From the NCBI GenBank assembly GCA_024681475.1, contig JAILAT010000051.1, positions 30,444 to 94,443 on the forward strand: 64,000 bases of DNA. The letters run 5' to 3'. Source of the DNA: Bacteroidales bacterium. Its GTDB lineage: Bacteria; Bacteroidota; Bacteroidia; Bacteroidales; P3. Each line of letters opens with the position of its first letter. The first letter of the stretch is position 1. Below, piece after piece: positions 1-9,701 of this stretch. The notes under the pieces are model-generated. The model made no database searches. It saw only the letters and a list, made by a program, of their open reading frames with translations, and was not told the DNA's origin. Made by a program: the position numbers and the translations under genes.

Positions 1-1
1 A

Positions 2-826
2 GACAGTTATCGGCTGATGATTGCTATCGACAGCATCGACAATGCCGTGTTCTTCATCTACCGCAACGATGACCGTACCTTCGACACCATAAGCTACGAA
101 GTGGATGTGTTCAAAGGCCGTCATCAACTGAACGAAATCCTGCGTCCCAAGAGTGTGGGATTCTACGATGACCATGTGCTCGTGCTGGCTTCGTCGAAGA
201 AGGATTCCTCGTTCATGGCGGTCCTCGATCTGGACGGCCAAGAGGTAAACCGTGTCAGCTTTGGCTACAAATCCAATGCTTTCCGCATTGTTGACGACGA
301 GCTGGTTGTGGTGGGTACCACCCAGCAGGGATACAATGTCACTTTCCTGAGTCTTGCCGACGGTGTGCTGGGCATGAACAACAATGACCCCGAGATGTGT
401 AACGGCTACAGCTATCGTGTCAAGAAACAGGCCGACCGCATCAAGGACGAGGACCCTGTGGGTTACAAACTGACAATTGTAGCCGTATCAGTGGTGTTTA
501 CGGCATTGGTTTGCATTGCATTGATACTTGGTGCCTTCAGCAAGGCTTTGATGAGCCGTAACAAACGCCGTGCGCAGAAAGCTGCCAACAAGGCGGCTCT
601 GAAGAGCGCTGCAGGCAACGAGCCGGCAGTCGCTAACGCGGTTGCCACCGGCAATGTTTCTGGCGAAGTGTTTGCCGCCATATCGGCCGCCATCTACCTC
701 TACGACGAGGAGATGCACGACGAGGAAGACACCGTCATCACCATCCAGAAGGTGGAGCGTGCCTGGACACCGTGGAACGCCAAGTATTACAACATGAACC
801 ACTATTTCCAGAACCGCAAGAAGTAA
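2..826 (+). CDS. OadG-domain membrane subunit of a Na+-translocating biotin decarboxylase (methylmalonyl-CoA/oxaloacetate type); probably 5'-partial
   Basis: ORF track gives 17..826, but the frame is open back to base 2, so the start may lie outside the window. It has one TM helix (LTIVAVSVVFTALVCIALILGAF), an Ala/Lys-rich linker and a C-terminal AISAAIYLYDEE...TVITIQKV segment as in OadG-type subunits. It directly precedes the biotin-carrier and beta-subunit genes. Confidence 0.6.
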   Translation, partial: DSYRLMIAIDSIDNAVFFIYRNDDRTFDTISYEVDVFKGRHQLNEILRPKSVGFYDDHVLVLASSKKDSSFMAVLDLDGQEVNRVSFGYKSNAFRIVDDELVVVGTTQQGYNVTFLSLADGVLGMNNNDPEMCNGYSYRVKKQADRIKDEDPVGYKLTIVAVSVVFTALVCIALILGAFSKALMSRNKRRAQKAANKAALKSAAGNEPAVANAVATGNVSGEVFAAISAAIYLYDEEMHDEEDTVITIQKVERAWTPWNAKYYNMNHYFQNRKK

Positions 827-893
827 GGAATGCAATGCGGCTTTGCGCCGTCATTGCGAGAGCATAGTAGAAAGAAATTAAACAAGCAATAAG

Positions 894-1361
894 ATGAAAA
901 ATTTCAAATTCAAAATAAATGGTACTGACTACACCGTGGACATCAATGAGGTGGACGGTCAGGAAATATCGTTGGATGTGAACGGTACGCCTTATAAGGT
1001 TACAGTTGACAAAGAGTTGAAACAGAAGCAGGTGAAGGTGACCTCACGTCCCGCGCCGCGCGTGAGTGCCGCTCCCAGTGGCAGCGTGCAGACCACCGAC
1101 GCCACGCCCGCAGTTCCTGCCGCTCCTGCCGCTGCTGGCGGCGCTGCCGGCACCAAGGTGACGACTCCGCTGCCGGGCACCATCCTCGATGTGTTTGTCA
1201 ATGTGGGCGACAGCGTCAAGGCCGGCCAGACCGTGGTGTTGCTTGAGGCCATGAAGATGGAGAACAACATTGAGGCCGAGTGCGACGGTACCATCACGGC
1301 AGTGAAGGTCCGCAAAGGCGACTCCGTGCTGGAAGGCGATGTAATGGTTGTTATTGGATAA
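894..1361 (+). CDS. biotin carboxyl carrier subunit of the decarboxylase
   Basis: 155 aa. An Ala/Pro-rich linker is followed by a biotinyl domain with the EAMKMEN biotin-lysine motif. Confidence 0.9.
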   Translation: MKNFKFKINGTDYTVDINEVDGQEISLDVNGTPYKVTVDKELKQKQVKVTSRPAPRVSAAPSGSVQTTDATPAVPAAPAAAGGAAGTKVTTPLPGTILDVFVNVGDSVKAGQTVVLLEAMKMENNIEAECDGTITAVKVRKGDSVLEGDVMVVIG

Positions 1362-1450
1362 TCAGAGTGCCGCTGGGCCTGCCTGTTGCCAAGCCAATGC
1401 ATAGGCAAAACGGGCAAGCCAAGCTGACAACAAATTAAAACGTAAGCAAA

Positions 1451-2620
1451 ATGAACATTTTAGCTGCAGGTGGCTCGAGCTTCATGGCTGACCAGTTGGT
1501 GCAATTCCTGCAATACACTGGCTTCGCCAATGTGGAAGTGGGCCACATCATAATGATATTAATCGGCTTGATATTCATCTATCTGGGTATCAAGAAGGAG
1601 TTTGAACCGTTGCTCCTTGTGCCGATTGGATTTGGTATGATAGTGGGAAACATTCCCTTCTATCCCGGATTGAAAATAGGTATTTACGAAGACGGCTCGG
1701 TGCTTCACATCCTTTACCATGGTGTGCAGAACGGCTGGTATCCGCCGCTCATCTTCCTGGGCATCGGAGCTATGACAGACTTCTCGGCCATGCTGTCGAA
1801 TCCCAAGCTGATGCTGATAGGCGCCGCTGCGCAGGTGGGTATTTTTGCCGCCTACATGGGTGCCATCGCCACGGGACTCTTCTCTCCCAACGAGGCTGGT
1901 GCCATCGGTATCATCGGTGGTGCCGACGGTCCCACGGCCATCTTCCTGTCGTCGCAGCTGGCTCCCGACCTGATGGGTGCCATCGCGGTGTCGGCCTATT
2001 CGTATATGGCCTTGGTGCCTGTCATTCAGCCACCTATCATGCGCCTGCTCACCACCAAGAAAGAGCGTCTCATCCGCATGAAACCGCCACGCCAGGTGTC
2101 GAAGCTGGAGAAAATCTCGTTCCCCATCATTGGCTTGATTTTCTGCGCCTTCATCGTGCCGTCGGGTTTGCCGCTGCTGGGTATGTTATTCTTCGGCAAC
2201 CTGCTGAAAGAGTCGGGTGTCACCAAGCGCCTCAGCGAGGTGGCCAGCAACGCTATTGTTAATATCTGCACCTTGCTCATCGGTCTCACCGTGGGTGCCT
2301 CGACGCAAGCCACTACCTTCCTGACGGGTCGTTCGGTATTGATATTTGCCTTGGGTGCCGGCTCGTTTGTCGTCGCCACCTTCAGCGGTGTGCTCTTCGT
2401 GAAGGTCATGAACCTGTTTCTGAAAGAGGGCAACAAGATCAACCCACTGATAGGCAACTCGGGTGTGAGCGCCGTGCCCGACGCTGCGCGCGTGTCGAAC
2501 AATGTGGGCCGCGAATACGACAAGAACAACTACCTGCTCCAGCACGCTATGGGTCCCAACGTGGCCGGCGTGGTGGGCTCGGCAGTGGCCGCCGGTATCC
2601 TGCTGGCCTTCCTGAAGTAG
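1451..2620 (+). CDS. Na+-transporting decarboxylase beta subunit (OadB/MmdB family)
   Basis: 389-aa polytopic membrane protein with IIGGADGPTAIF and NSGVSAVPDAARV segments typical of the family. It is third in the operon and ends in TAG. Confidence 0.9.
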   Translation: MNILAAGGSSFMADQLVQFLQYTGFANVEVGHIIMILIGLIFIYLGIKKEFEPLLLVPIGFGMIVGNIPFYPGLKIGIYEDGSVLHILYHGVQNGWYPPLIFLGIGAMTDFSAMLSNPKLMLIGAAAQVGIFAAYMGAIATGLFSPNEAGAIGIIGGADGPTAIFLSSQLAPDLMGAIAVSAYSYMALVPVIQPPIMRLLTTKKERLIRMKPPRQVSKLEKISFPIIGLIFCAFIVPSGLPLLGMLFFGNLLKESGVTKRLSEVASNAIVNICTLLIGLTVGASTQATTFLTGRSVLIFALGAGSFVVATFSGVLFVKVMNLFLKEGNKINPLIGNSGVSAVPDAARVSNNVGREYDKNNYLLQHAMGPNVAGVVGSAVAAGILLAFLK

Positions 2621-2667
2621 AAGAACATCACAGTCTCGCCACAGAGCCTGTGACCACCAATACCCTT

Positions 2668-2704
2668 GAGAGGATGTCGATGCTTTCGACATCCTCTCTT
2701 TTTT
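2668..2704 (+). terminator. rho-independent terminator after the decarboxylase operon
   Basis: Perfect 13-bp stem (gagaggatgtcga / tcgacatcctctc), 5-nt loop, then a T6 run. Confidence 0.75.
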
Positions 2705-2862
2705 GAACACTCATCGTCATTGCTGCGAACATGCGTGATATGAGAGGCCAGCCGGACACTGCTGACAGGTGTTGAAAAAAGTCGTGATACTCTGCCACGC
2801 GTTGTTTTGGGGGCTTTTTTTGCGACATGGAAATTATTTTTTGCCATATTGGGAAAAAATTG

Positions 2863-2870
2863 TATCTTTG
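2863..2870 (+). promoter_or_regulatory. Bacteroidetes -7 promoter box (TATCTTTG)
   Basis: Matches the TAnnTTTG consensus about 40 nt upstream of the ATG at 2909. It lies inside the longer ORF call 2807..4981. Confidence 0.55.
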
Positions 2871-2908
2871 CATTTAGGAACAATAATATACAAATAATAG
2901 ATAAAAAT

Positions 2909-4981
2909 ATGATAGCCAAAGAATTACTCAATCCTAGGAGCATCGTGATATGCGGTGCGTCAAGTGATATTCACAAACCTGGCGGAAAATCGCTGAAGAA
3001 TCTGTTGGAGAGTCCCTTCAAGGGTGCGGTGTATGCCGTGAACCCCAAAGAGACTGAAGTACAGGGCGTGAAGTGCTTCGCTAAGGTGGAAGACCTGCCG
3101 CAGGTGGACTGTGCCATCCTCTGCATCGCCGCGAAGTTCTGTGCCCAGACTGTGGATGTGCTGGCCAAGGAAAAAGGCTGCAAGGGCTTTATCATAGTCA
3201 GTGCCGGTTTCTCAGAGGAGAGCCACGAGGGCGCCGAGATTGAGCAACATATCGTCGATACCATCAACAGTGTCGGTGGCTCGCTGATTGGCCCCAACTG
3301 CACGGGATTCCTCAACGTGAACTATGCCGGATGCTTCGACACCCCCATTCCTCCATTGGATCCTAAGGGTGTGGACTTCATCACCGGCTCGGGTGCCACG
3401 GCCGTGTTCATCAAGGAATATGGTATGAGCAACGGCTTGAAATTCAATAGTGTGTGGGCTGTCGGTAACAGCGCCCAGCTGGGTATCGAAGATGTGCTGG
3501 AACACCTCGACGAGACCTTCGACCCCGAGAAGTCGAGCCACGTCATCATGCTCTATATGGAGAAGATTGGCGACCCGCAGCGTTTGCTGAAGCACAGCCG
3601 CTCGCTTATCAACAAGGGCTGTCATATCGCCGCCATCAAGAGCGGTGGCAGTGCTGCCGGAAGCCGTGCCGCTTCGAGCCACACAGGTGCTCTGGCAACT
3701 AATGACGCTGCTGTCGACGCTTTGTTCCAGAAAGCCGGTATTGTGCGTTGCAACAACCGTCAGGAGCTTACCACCGTTTGTGCCGTCTTCATGCACCCCG
3801 AAATCAAAGGCAACCGCTGCGCTGTCATCACCCACGCCGGCGGCCCTGCCGTGATGCTTACCGATGTGCTGAGCAACGGCGGAATAGAAGTGCCCTCGTT
3901 GAAGGACCATCCCGCCAGCCCCGCCCTTTTGGCGAAACTCTTCGGAGGCTCCTCGGTGGGCAACCCCATAGACTTCCTCGCCACCGGCACCGCCGAACAG
4001 CTGGGTTACATTATTGACACCGTCGAGAACGAATATACCGATATCGACTTCTCGGTGGTCATCTTTGGCTCGCCCGGACTGTTCAGCAACAAGGAGGTCT
4101 ACGACCTGTTGGACGAGAAGATGAAGACCTGCAAGAAGCCCATCTTCCCTGTGCTGCCCAGTATCATCAACGTGAAGGACGAAATCAACGATTTTATCGC
4201 CAAGGGCCGCATCAACTTCCCCGAGGAGTGCGTGCTCGGCAATGCCATCTGCAAGGTGTACAACACACCCAAGCCGCAGCCTGAACATGTGGAGACGCCC
4301 ACCATCGACGTGGCCCGCATCCGCGCTACCGTGGACCGCTGCGAAGACGGCTATATGGAGATCGCCGACTACAACGAGCTGCTTGACGCTGCCGGCATCA
4401 GCCGCAAGAAGAGCGTGGAGGTTAGCAAGAAAGAGGATGCCCTGGCCTTCGCCAAGGAGGTGGGATGCTCGAAGGATGTGCCTCTCGTTATGAAGGTTGT
4501 CGGCCCGCTGCACAAGAGCGATGTGGGTGGCGTGACCCTCGGCGTCAAAGATCTCGACACTGTGGCCAAGGAGTTCGACCGTCTGATTGTCATCCCCGAG
4601 ACCTATGCCGTGGAGATGTATCCTATGCTTGACGGTACTGATGTCTATATCGGTGCCATCCGCGACCCGAAGTTTGGCCATCAGATATTCTTTGGCCTCG
4701 GCGGTATTTTCATCGAGGTGCTGAAAGATGTGCAGAGCGCACTGGCTCCCATCACTGCTGCCGAAGCCAAGGAAATGCTCAAGAAACTCCGTGGCTACAA
4801 GATTCTCGAAGGTGTCCGTGGCCAGGAGGCTGTGAATCTCGACCTCTATGCCGAGCAGGTGGCACGCGTCAGCGCTCTGGTGCAGGCAGCCCCCGAGATT
4901 GCCGAAATGGACCTCAACCCGCTGCTGGGCAATCCGCGCTATGTGACGGCTGTCGACGCCCGTATCCGTCTTGAAAAGTAA
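2909..4981 (+). CDS. ADP-forming acetyl-CoA synthetase / acetate--CoA ligase family protein (CoA-binding + succinyl-CoA-synthetase-like + ATP-grasp)
   Basis: N-terminus MIAKELLNPRSIVICGASSD...GGK is a CoA-binding fold. GPNCTG and SHTGALA motifs resemble the SCS alpha subunit, and the C-terminal half is ATP-grasp like. Start moved from 2807 to the ATG at 2909, downstream of the promoter box. Confidence 0.85.
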   Translation: MIAKELLNPRSIVICGASSDIHKPGGKSLKNLLESPFKGAVYAVNPKETEVQGVKCFAKVEDLPQVDCAILCIAAKFCAQTVDVLAKEKGCKGFIIVSAGFSEESHEGAEIEQHIVDTINSVGGSLIGPNCTGFLNVNYAGCFDTPIPPLDPKGVDFITGSGATAVFIKEYGMSNGLKFNSVWAVGNSAQLGIEDVLEHLDETFDPEKSSHVIMLYMEKIGDPQRLLKHSRSLINKGCHIAAIKSGGSAAGSRAASSHTGALATNDAAVDALFQKAGIVRCNNRQELTTVCAVFMHPEIKGNRCAVITHAGGPAVMLTDVLSNGGIEVPSLKDHPASPALLAKLFGGSSVGNPIDFLATGTAEQLGYIIDTVENEYTDIDFSVVIFGSPGLFSNKEVYDLLDEKMKTCKKPIFPVLPSIINVKDEINDFIAKGRINFPEECVLGNAICKVYNTPKPQPEHVETPTIDVARIRATVDRCEDGYMEIADYNELLDAAGISRKKSVEVSKKEDALAFAKEVGCSKDVPLVMKVVGPLHKSDVGGVTLGVKDLDTVAKEFDRLIVIPETYAVEMYPMLDGTDVYIGAIRDPKFGHQIFFGLGGIFIEVLKDVQSALAPITAAEAKEMLKKLRGYKILEGVRGQEAVNLDLYAEQVARVSALVQAAPEIAEMDLNPLLGNPRYVTAVDARIRLEK

Positions 4982-5001
4982 ATAAAACCAAGTTTAATAG
5001 T

Positions 5002-5039
5002 GACCAGTGATTAGAATAAACTCTTTTCACTGGTCTTTT
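5002..5039 (+). terminator. putative terminator hairpin
   Basis: 9-bp stem (gaccagtga / tcactggtc), 16-nt loop, then TTTT. Confidence 0.5.
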
Positions 5040-5053
5040 AAAAACAAAGAATT

Positions 5054-5863
5054 ATGGAGGTAAATATTGACAACAGGAATAAGCCTAGCGTGGTACGCAT
5101 TGTCACATGGACTATTGTAGTGATGCTTTTGGTCATCGTCGCGATGTCTTCGTTCTACACCATCCGCTCCACCGAGCGCGGAGTGCTCAGTACATTCGGA
5201 AAAATTTCCGATAGCGCAATCGACGCAGGACTGCATGTGAAGATTCCTTTTATCCAGAGCGTGAAAAAGGTGAACATTCAGCAGAAGAAATTCGACGGCA
5301 AGGAAAACTCCTACACTCGCGATGTGCAGACTTCGGAAGTGGAATACACCATCAACTACGACCTCGTGCGCGAGAATGTGCCGCGTCTCATCAAGAATGT
5401 CGGCGAAGACTATCACAACCGTATCGTGGTGCCTTTCGTGCGTTCGGCCATGAAGCAGTCTTTCGGTAACTTTGCCGCCACCGAGATTGTGGAGAACCGC
5501 GACGCTGTGCGCCGTGAGATTGAAGAGACCCTGCGTCGCACACTTGACAGCAACTATTTCAGGAATATTCAGTTCCAACTGGTCAACATCGATTTCGACG
5601 ACGATTTCGAGACCACCATCAAGGAGAAGCAGGTGGCCGAACAGAATGCACTGAAGGCCAAGAATGTCACCATCCAAGTGGAGGAGCTGGCCAAGCAGAC
5701 CAAAATCAAGGCCGAAGCCGAAGCCGAGGCTATGCGCATCAAAGCTAATGCTCTGGAGCGCAATCCCAAGCTGGTGAGCTACGAAGCTGTGCAGAAATGG
5801 GACGGCAAGCTGCCCGAGTATATGCTGGGCAACTCGGTGCCGTTCATTGATCTGAAGCAGTAA
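5054..5863 (+). CDS. SPFH/band-7 (prohibitin-like) membrane protein
   Basis: N-terminal TM helix, then STERGVLSTFGK...GLHVKIPFIQ typical of SPFH domains, with an Ala/Glu/Lys-rich coiled C-terminus. Confidence 0.85.
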   Translation: MEVNIDNRNKPSVVRIVTWTIVVMLLVIVAMSSFYTIRSTERGVLSTFGKISDSAIDAGLHVKIPFIQSVKKVNIQQKKFDGKENSYTRDVQTSEVEYTINYDLVRENVPRLIKNVGEDYHNRIVVPFVRSAMKQSFGNFAATEIVENRDAVRREIEETLRRTLDSNYFRNIQFQLVNIDFDDDFETTIKEKQVAEQNALKAKNVTIQVEELAKQTKIKAEAEAEAMRIKANALERNPKLVSYEAVQKWDGKLPEYMLGNSVPFIDLKQ

Positions 5864-5894
5864 GCTGTCTGCAAGGTAAAGATACCATCAATAT

Positions 5895-5936
5895 AATAGC
5901 GATTGTCGGCACAGCCGGCAATCGCTATTCATTTTT
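5895..5936. terminator. bidirectional terminator between convergent genes
   Basis: 15-bp stem (aatagcgattgtcgg / ccggcaatcgctatt, one G-U pair), 5-nt loop, T-run downstream on + and an A/T-rich flank on the other side. Confidence 0.6.
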
Positions 5937-5998
5937 CGCTACGGTGTCGTGTTGGCACTTGCGTGGCTTCGGAAACTGCGGCTAGCGGAAAAAAATTG

Positions 5999-6478
5999 CT
6001 ATTTAAGCGTTGTTACCGCTTCTTTGGTCCAATTGAGCAGAAAATTCGACACCCGCTTCGGGTTGTAGTCCTTGCCCTCTTCAAGCGATGCGGACTCCTG
6101 GATGTGGATGGGTGTGCCCTCTTCGTTGAGGATAACGAAGACTGGGAAACCGAAACGGGCGGGGTTGCCGAGATAACGCATGGCTTCGGGATTCTTGTTG
6201 GCTTTCGAATAGTTGATGTGGACGTAAACGAAGTGTCGCTCGATGAGGGGCGCGACGATGCTGTCGGTTGTGGCAAAATTGGCGAAGCGGATGCACCAAG
6301 GGCACCAGTTGCCACCCACCTGGCACAAGACATAGCGGTTTGTCTGTTGCGCCAGTGCTGTGGCTGCCTTGATTTGAGCCATCGCGTCCATCTCCTCGTC
6401 GTACCATTGCTTGGTTTGAGCCTGCAGCGTGCCGAAGGCCATGAAAACCAAGACTGTCCAGAATACAATGCGTTTCAT
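5999..6478 (-). CDS. secreted thioredoxin-fold protein
   Basis: Signal peptide MKRIVFWTVLVFMAFGTLQAQ, a CPWC redox motif and 159 aa. It lies 15 nt downstream of galE. Confidence 0.8.
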   Translation of the reverse strand: MKRIVFWTVLVFMAFGTLQAQTKQWYDEEMDAMAQIKAATALAQQTNRYVLCQVGGNWCPWCIRFANFATTDSIVAPLIERHFVYVHINYSKANKNPEAMRYLGNPARFGFPVFVILNEEGTPIHIQESASLEEGKDYNPKRVSNFLLNWTKEAVTTLK

Positions 6479-6493
6479 ATTATTCCTATTATT

Positions 6494-7516
6494 TCAATCT
6501 TTCCTGTATCCGTTGGGATTCTTCTTCTGCCAGTTCCAGCTGTCGCGGCACATTTCGTCAATACCGTATTCCGCTTTCCAGCCCAGTTCGCGTTCCGCCT
6601 TGGCGGGGTCGCTGTAGCAGGTGGCAATGTCGCCAGCGCGCCGTGGCTTGATGGAGTAGGGGACAGGCACGCCGTTTACCCTTTGAAATGCGTTGACCAC
6701 ATCCAGCACGCTGTAGCCCTTGCCAGTACCCAGGTTGTAAATGGCCAATCCACATTGGCGTTCGATGGCCTGCAATGCCTTCACGTGGCCGCGTGCGAGA
6801 TCCACCACATGGATATAGTCGCGCACGCCTGTGCCGTCGTGGGTGTCGTAGTCGTTGCCGAAGACGCCCAGTTCGGCACGTATGCCAATGGCTACCTGGG
6901 TGATGTAGGGCATCAGGTTGTTGGGCATTCCGTTAGGGTCTTCGCCCATGGTGCCGCTGGGGTGGGCTCCAATGGGGTTGAAGTAGCGCAGCAGCACGAT
7001 GTTCCACTCGGGATCGGCTTTCTGCATATCCATCATCACCTGTTCCAGCATGCTCTTCGTCCAGCCGTAGGGATTGGTGCATTGTCCTTTGGGGCACGCT
7101 TCGGTGATAGGTATCTCCACGGGGTCACCGTATACTGTCGCCGACGAGCTGAAAATGATATTCTTGCATCCCTGCTGACGCAGCACGTCGAGCAGTACCA
7201 ACGTTCCTCCGATATTGTTCTCGTAGTATTCCCAAGGTTTCTCCACGCTTTCGCCCACGGCTTTGAGGCCGGCAAAATGGATGCAGGCATCGCAAGGGTG
7301 GTCTTTCAGTATCTGTGTGAGCGCCGCACGGTCGCGGATGTCAGCTTGGCAGAAAACAACGGGTTTGCCCGTGAGGGCCTCTACACGACGCAGCGACTCC
7401 GCCGAGGAGTTGCTGAGGTTGTCTACCACCACCACGTCGTAGCCTGCTGTCTGCAGTTCCACCAAAGTGTGCGACCCGATAAATCCGGCACCGCCTGTGA
7501 CTAGTATTCTGTTCAT
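6494..7516 (-). CDS. galE: UDP-glucose 4-epimerase
   Basis: MNRILVTGGAGFIGSH Rossmann start, a YxxxK region and the DYIHVVDLARGH motif. The ORF call 6494..7993 extends 159 codons upstream across a promoter box, so the ATG at 7516 is the plausible start. Confidence 0.92.
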   Translation of the reverse strand: MNRILVTGGAGFIGSHTLVELQTAGYDVVVVDNLSNSSAESLRRVEALTGKPVVFCQADIRDRAALTQILKDHPCDACIHFAGLKAVGESVEKPWEYYENNIGGTLVLLDVLRQQGCKNIIFSSSATVYGDPVEIPITEACPKGQCTNPYGWTKSMLEQVMMDMQKADPEWNIVLLRYFNPIGAHPSGTMGEDPNGMPNNLMPYITQVAIGIRAELGVFGNDYDTHDGTGVRDYIHVVDLARGHVKALQAIERQCGLAIYNLGTGKGYSVLDVVNAFQRVNGVPVPYSIKPRRAGDIATCYSDPAKAERELGWKAEYGIDEMCRDSWNWQKKNPNGYRKD

Positions 7517-7570
7517 TATTCTTTTGTTTTTCAGTATATTGTTGTAGATTGGCGCTTGCAATCGTATTTG

Positions 7571-7578
7571 CAAAAGTA
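7571..7578 (-). promoter_or_regulatory. -7 promoter box (TACTTTTG on minus strand) for galE
   Basis: TAnnTTTG match upstream of the 7516 start. Confidence 0.5.
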
Positions 7579-7622
7579 ACCTTTTTTTTCGAATTAGTGC
7601 CTGACGTTTCAAAAAAAAAGTG

Positions 7623-7630
7623 TATCTTTG
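7623..7630 (+). promoter_or_regulatory. -7 promoter box (TATCTTTG)
   Basis: TAnnTTTG match 25 nt upstream of the ATG at 7655. Confidence 0.5.
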
Positions 7631-7654
7631 TAACGTAAAAGTATTGGTTTGATT

Positions 7655-8566
7655 ATGAGAAAAGTATTGATAATGACGGCTGTATTGGCCATGGCCGTTT
7701 GTACAAGTTGTATGAATTCCGACAGAGCCTCGTCGTCGACGGGCGAGAGTGTCGTTTTTGAGTGGAGCGACACGCAAGGCAATGGCCAAGGAGTGAACGT
7801 CAGCGATAAGTTGCCATACCAAAGCATCGAGGTTTCGAGCGCCATTGATGTAGTGATGAGCGACACGGCGTCGCGTATTTGGGTCTCCGCCAAAGAGGAT
7901 GTTCAACCCTACATTGATTTCACGATGAAAAACTGCGATGATGGCTATCAACTTGCGTTGGCTGTAAAGTGGAATGAATACCAAAAGCAGCATCAGAACT
8001 ATACTGGAGACCCGGTCTCAGTGGTGATTCCTGCCAAGAAAGTATATGAAATCCAGCTGACGGGTGCATCGTCGTTTACCTACGATGGTTCGCTTTCGCT
8101 TCTGGGTGGTCCTGATGGTTTCGAAGCCGATTTGGAGGGAGCGTCGCAACTGAAAGCCCCTATCTTCGGCGGTGGCGATGTTAATCTTGAACTTTCTGGA
8201 TCTTCAAGCTACAGGGGAGAAATCACTGCAGGGGATGTACGTTTGGAACTGTCGGGTGCGTCAATGATTGAATCAAGGGTGGGCTGTCGTGTAATCGATG
8301 TGCTGGCATCTGGCTCGTCGATGGTAAACTTGAGAGGCAAGGCTACCGAAGAGGCCAGTCTGGATGTGTCAGGTGCCTCGACGGTCAGCGCCATGGGTTT
8401 CAAAAGCCCCAATGTTGTGGGTGATGTGACGGGATGCAGTATAGTGGAAATCGATTGCTGGGAAAATATTGAGTTGGATATCAGTGGGGTAAGCACTGTG
8501 ACATACACAGGAGGAGGCTCCAACGACTGCAACGTCGACGGCACTTCAACTCTAATTGTAAAGTAA
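7655..8566 (+). CDS. lipoprotein with repetitive beta-helix-like GIN/DUF2807-type domain
   Basis: Lipobox LAMAVCTSC. It has repeated xSGxSxx units (LELSGSSSY, LELSGASMI, LASGSSMV, DVSGASTV, DISGVSTV). The ORF track begins at a TTG at 7649; the ATG at 7655 is preferred. Confidence 0.65.
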   Translation: MRKVLIMTAVLAMAVCTSCMNSDRASSSTGESVVFEWSDTQGNGQGVNVSDKLPYQSIEVSSAIDVVMSDTASRIWVSAKEDVQPYIDFTMKNCDDGYQLALAVKWNEYQKQHQNYTGDPVSVVIPAKKVYEIQLTGASSFTYDGSLSLLGGPDGFEADLEGASQLKAPIFGGGDVNLELSGSSSYRGEITAGDVRLELSGASMIESRVGCRVIDVLASGSSMVNLRGKATEEASLDVSGASTVSAMGFKSPNVVGDVTGCSIVEIDCWENIELDISGVSTVTYTGGGSNDCNVDGTSTLIVK

Positions 8567-8588
8567 AAGAACTAAATAACTCAATCCA

Positions 8589-9701
8589 ATGGATGAATTC
8601 ATAGTATCGGCACGAAAATATCGACCCTCAACATTTGATAGCGTTGTGGGTCAGCAACATATCACCTCCACGCTGAAGAATGCCATCCGTAACGGCCAGC
8701 TGGCTCAGGCCTTCCTCTTCTGTGGTCCGCGCGGTGTGGGCAAAACTACCTGTGCGCGTATCTTGGCCAAGACTATCAACTGCACCAATCTTACGGCTGA
8801 CACCGAGGCCTGCAACGAGTGCGAGTCGTGCACATCTTTCAATGATGGTGCCTCGATGAACATCTTCGAGCTCGACGCCGCTTCGAATAACTCTGTCGAC
8901 GACATCCGCGAGCTGGTCAAGCAGGTCTACTATCCTCCGCAGACGGGACGTTATAAGGTCTACATCATCGACGAGGTGCATATGCTCACTCTGGCGGCCT
9001 TTAACGCTTTTCTCAAAACCCTCGAGGAGCCGCCAGCATACGCCAAGTTCATCCTTGCCACTACCGAGAAGCACAAGATTATCCCCACCATCCTCTCGCG
9101 CTGCCAAGTGTTCGACTTCAAGCGCATCAAGAGCGAAGATATTGTCAAGCATCTTCAGTATGTAGCAGAGAAGGAGTCGATTAATTACGAGATTGAAGCG
9201 CTGCACATCATTGCCCAGAAAGCGGAAGGTGGTTTACGCGACGCCCTTTCCATCTTCGATCAGTTGGTCAGTTTTACGCGTGGAAACTTGACTTATAAAC
9301 AGTGCATCGAGAACCTCAATATGCTCGACAGCGACTACTATTTTCGCTTTGTCGACCTATTCCGCGCCGGCGACATTGCTTCGACATTGTTGCTCTATCA
9401 GGAAATTATCGATAAGGGCTTTGATGGCCAGCATTTCATTACAGGTCTTTCCGAGCACCTGCGCAACTTGCTGGTGTCGCTCAACCCCGAGACACATAAA
9501 CTGCTGGAGGTGAGCGATTCGGTGCGAATGCACTTTGGCGAACAGTCGCTCAGTTGTGGATTGGCGCTACTGATGAAATATCTGGAAATTGCCTCCGACT
9601 ACGAGTACCGCTTCCGCGATGCCACCAATAAACGTCTTTTCATCGAGGTCTGCCTCATGAAACTGGCCTCACTGACCAAGAATCTGCAGCTGCCTGGATA
9701 G
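8589..9701 (+). CDS. dnaX: DNA polymerase III clamp-loader subunit, gamma-length product of dnaX
   Basis: Walker A GPRGVGKTT, Zn module CNECESC, Walker B DEVHML, SRC motif LSRCQ and a helical collar domain. It ends at TAG 9699..9701. Confidence 0.9.
   Translation: MDEFIVSARKYRPSTFDSVVGQQHITSTLKNAIRNGQLAQAFLFCGPRGVGKTTCARILAKTINCTNLTADTEACNECESCTSFNDGASMNIFELDAASNNSVDDIRELVKQVYYPPQTGRYKVYIIDEVHMLTLAAFNAFLKTLEEPPAYAKFILATTEKHKIIPTILSRCQVFDFKRIKSEDIVKHLQYVAEKESINYEIEALHIIAQKAEGGLRDALSIFDQLVSFTRGNLTYKQCIENLNMLDSDYYFRFVDLFRAGDIASTLLLYQEIIDKGFDGQHFITGLSEHLRNLLVSLNPETHKLLEVSDSVRMHFGEQSLSCGLALLMKYLEIASDYEYRFRDATNKRLFIEVCLMKLASLTKNLQLPG

Noticed and set aside
2618-2620. Genome-wide reassignment of TAG to a sense codon as the explanation for the dnaX TAG.
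   Set aside because: TAG ends conserved full-length proteins at their expected C-termini here: the decarboxylase beta subunit at 2618..2620 and the zinc metallopeptidase at 39539..39541. It therefore functions as a normal stop.
7517-7993. N-terminal extensions in longest-ORF calls: galE to 7993, ACS from 2807, DUF4105 to 37011, ade from 36690, metallopeptidase from 38633, nadC to 45092.
   Set aside because: The extensions cross TAnnTTTG promoter boxes, have no homology-like sequence, and are followed by canonical family N-termini at internal ATGs. Starts were moved downstream.
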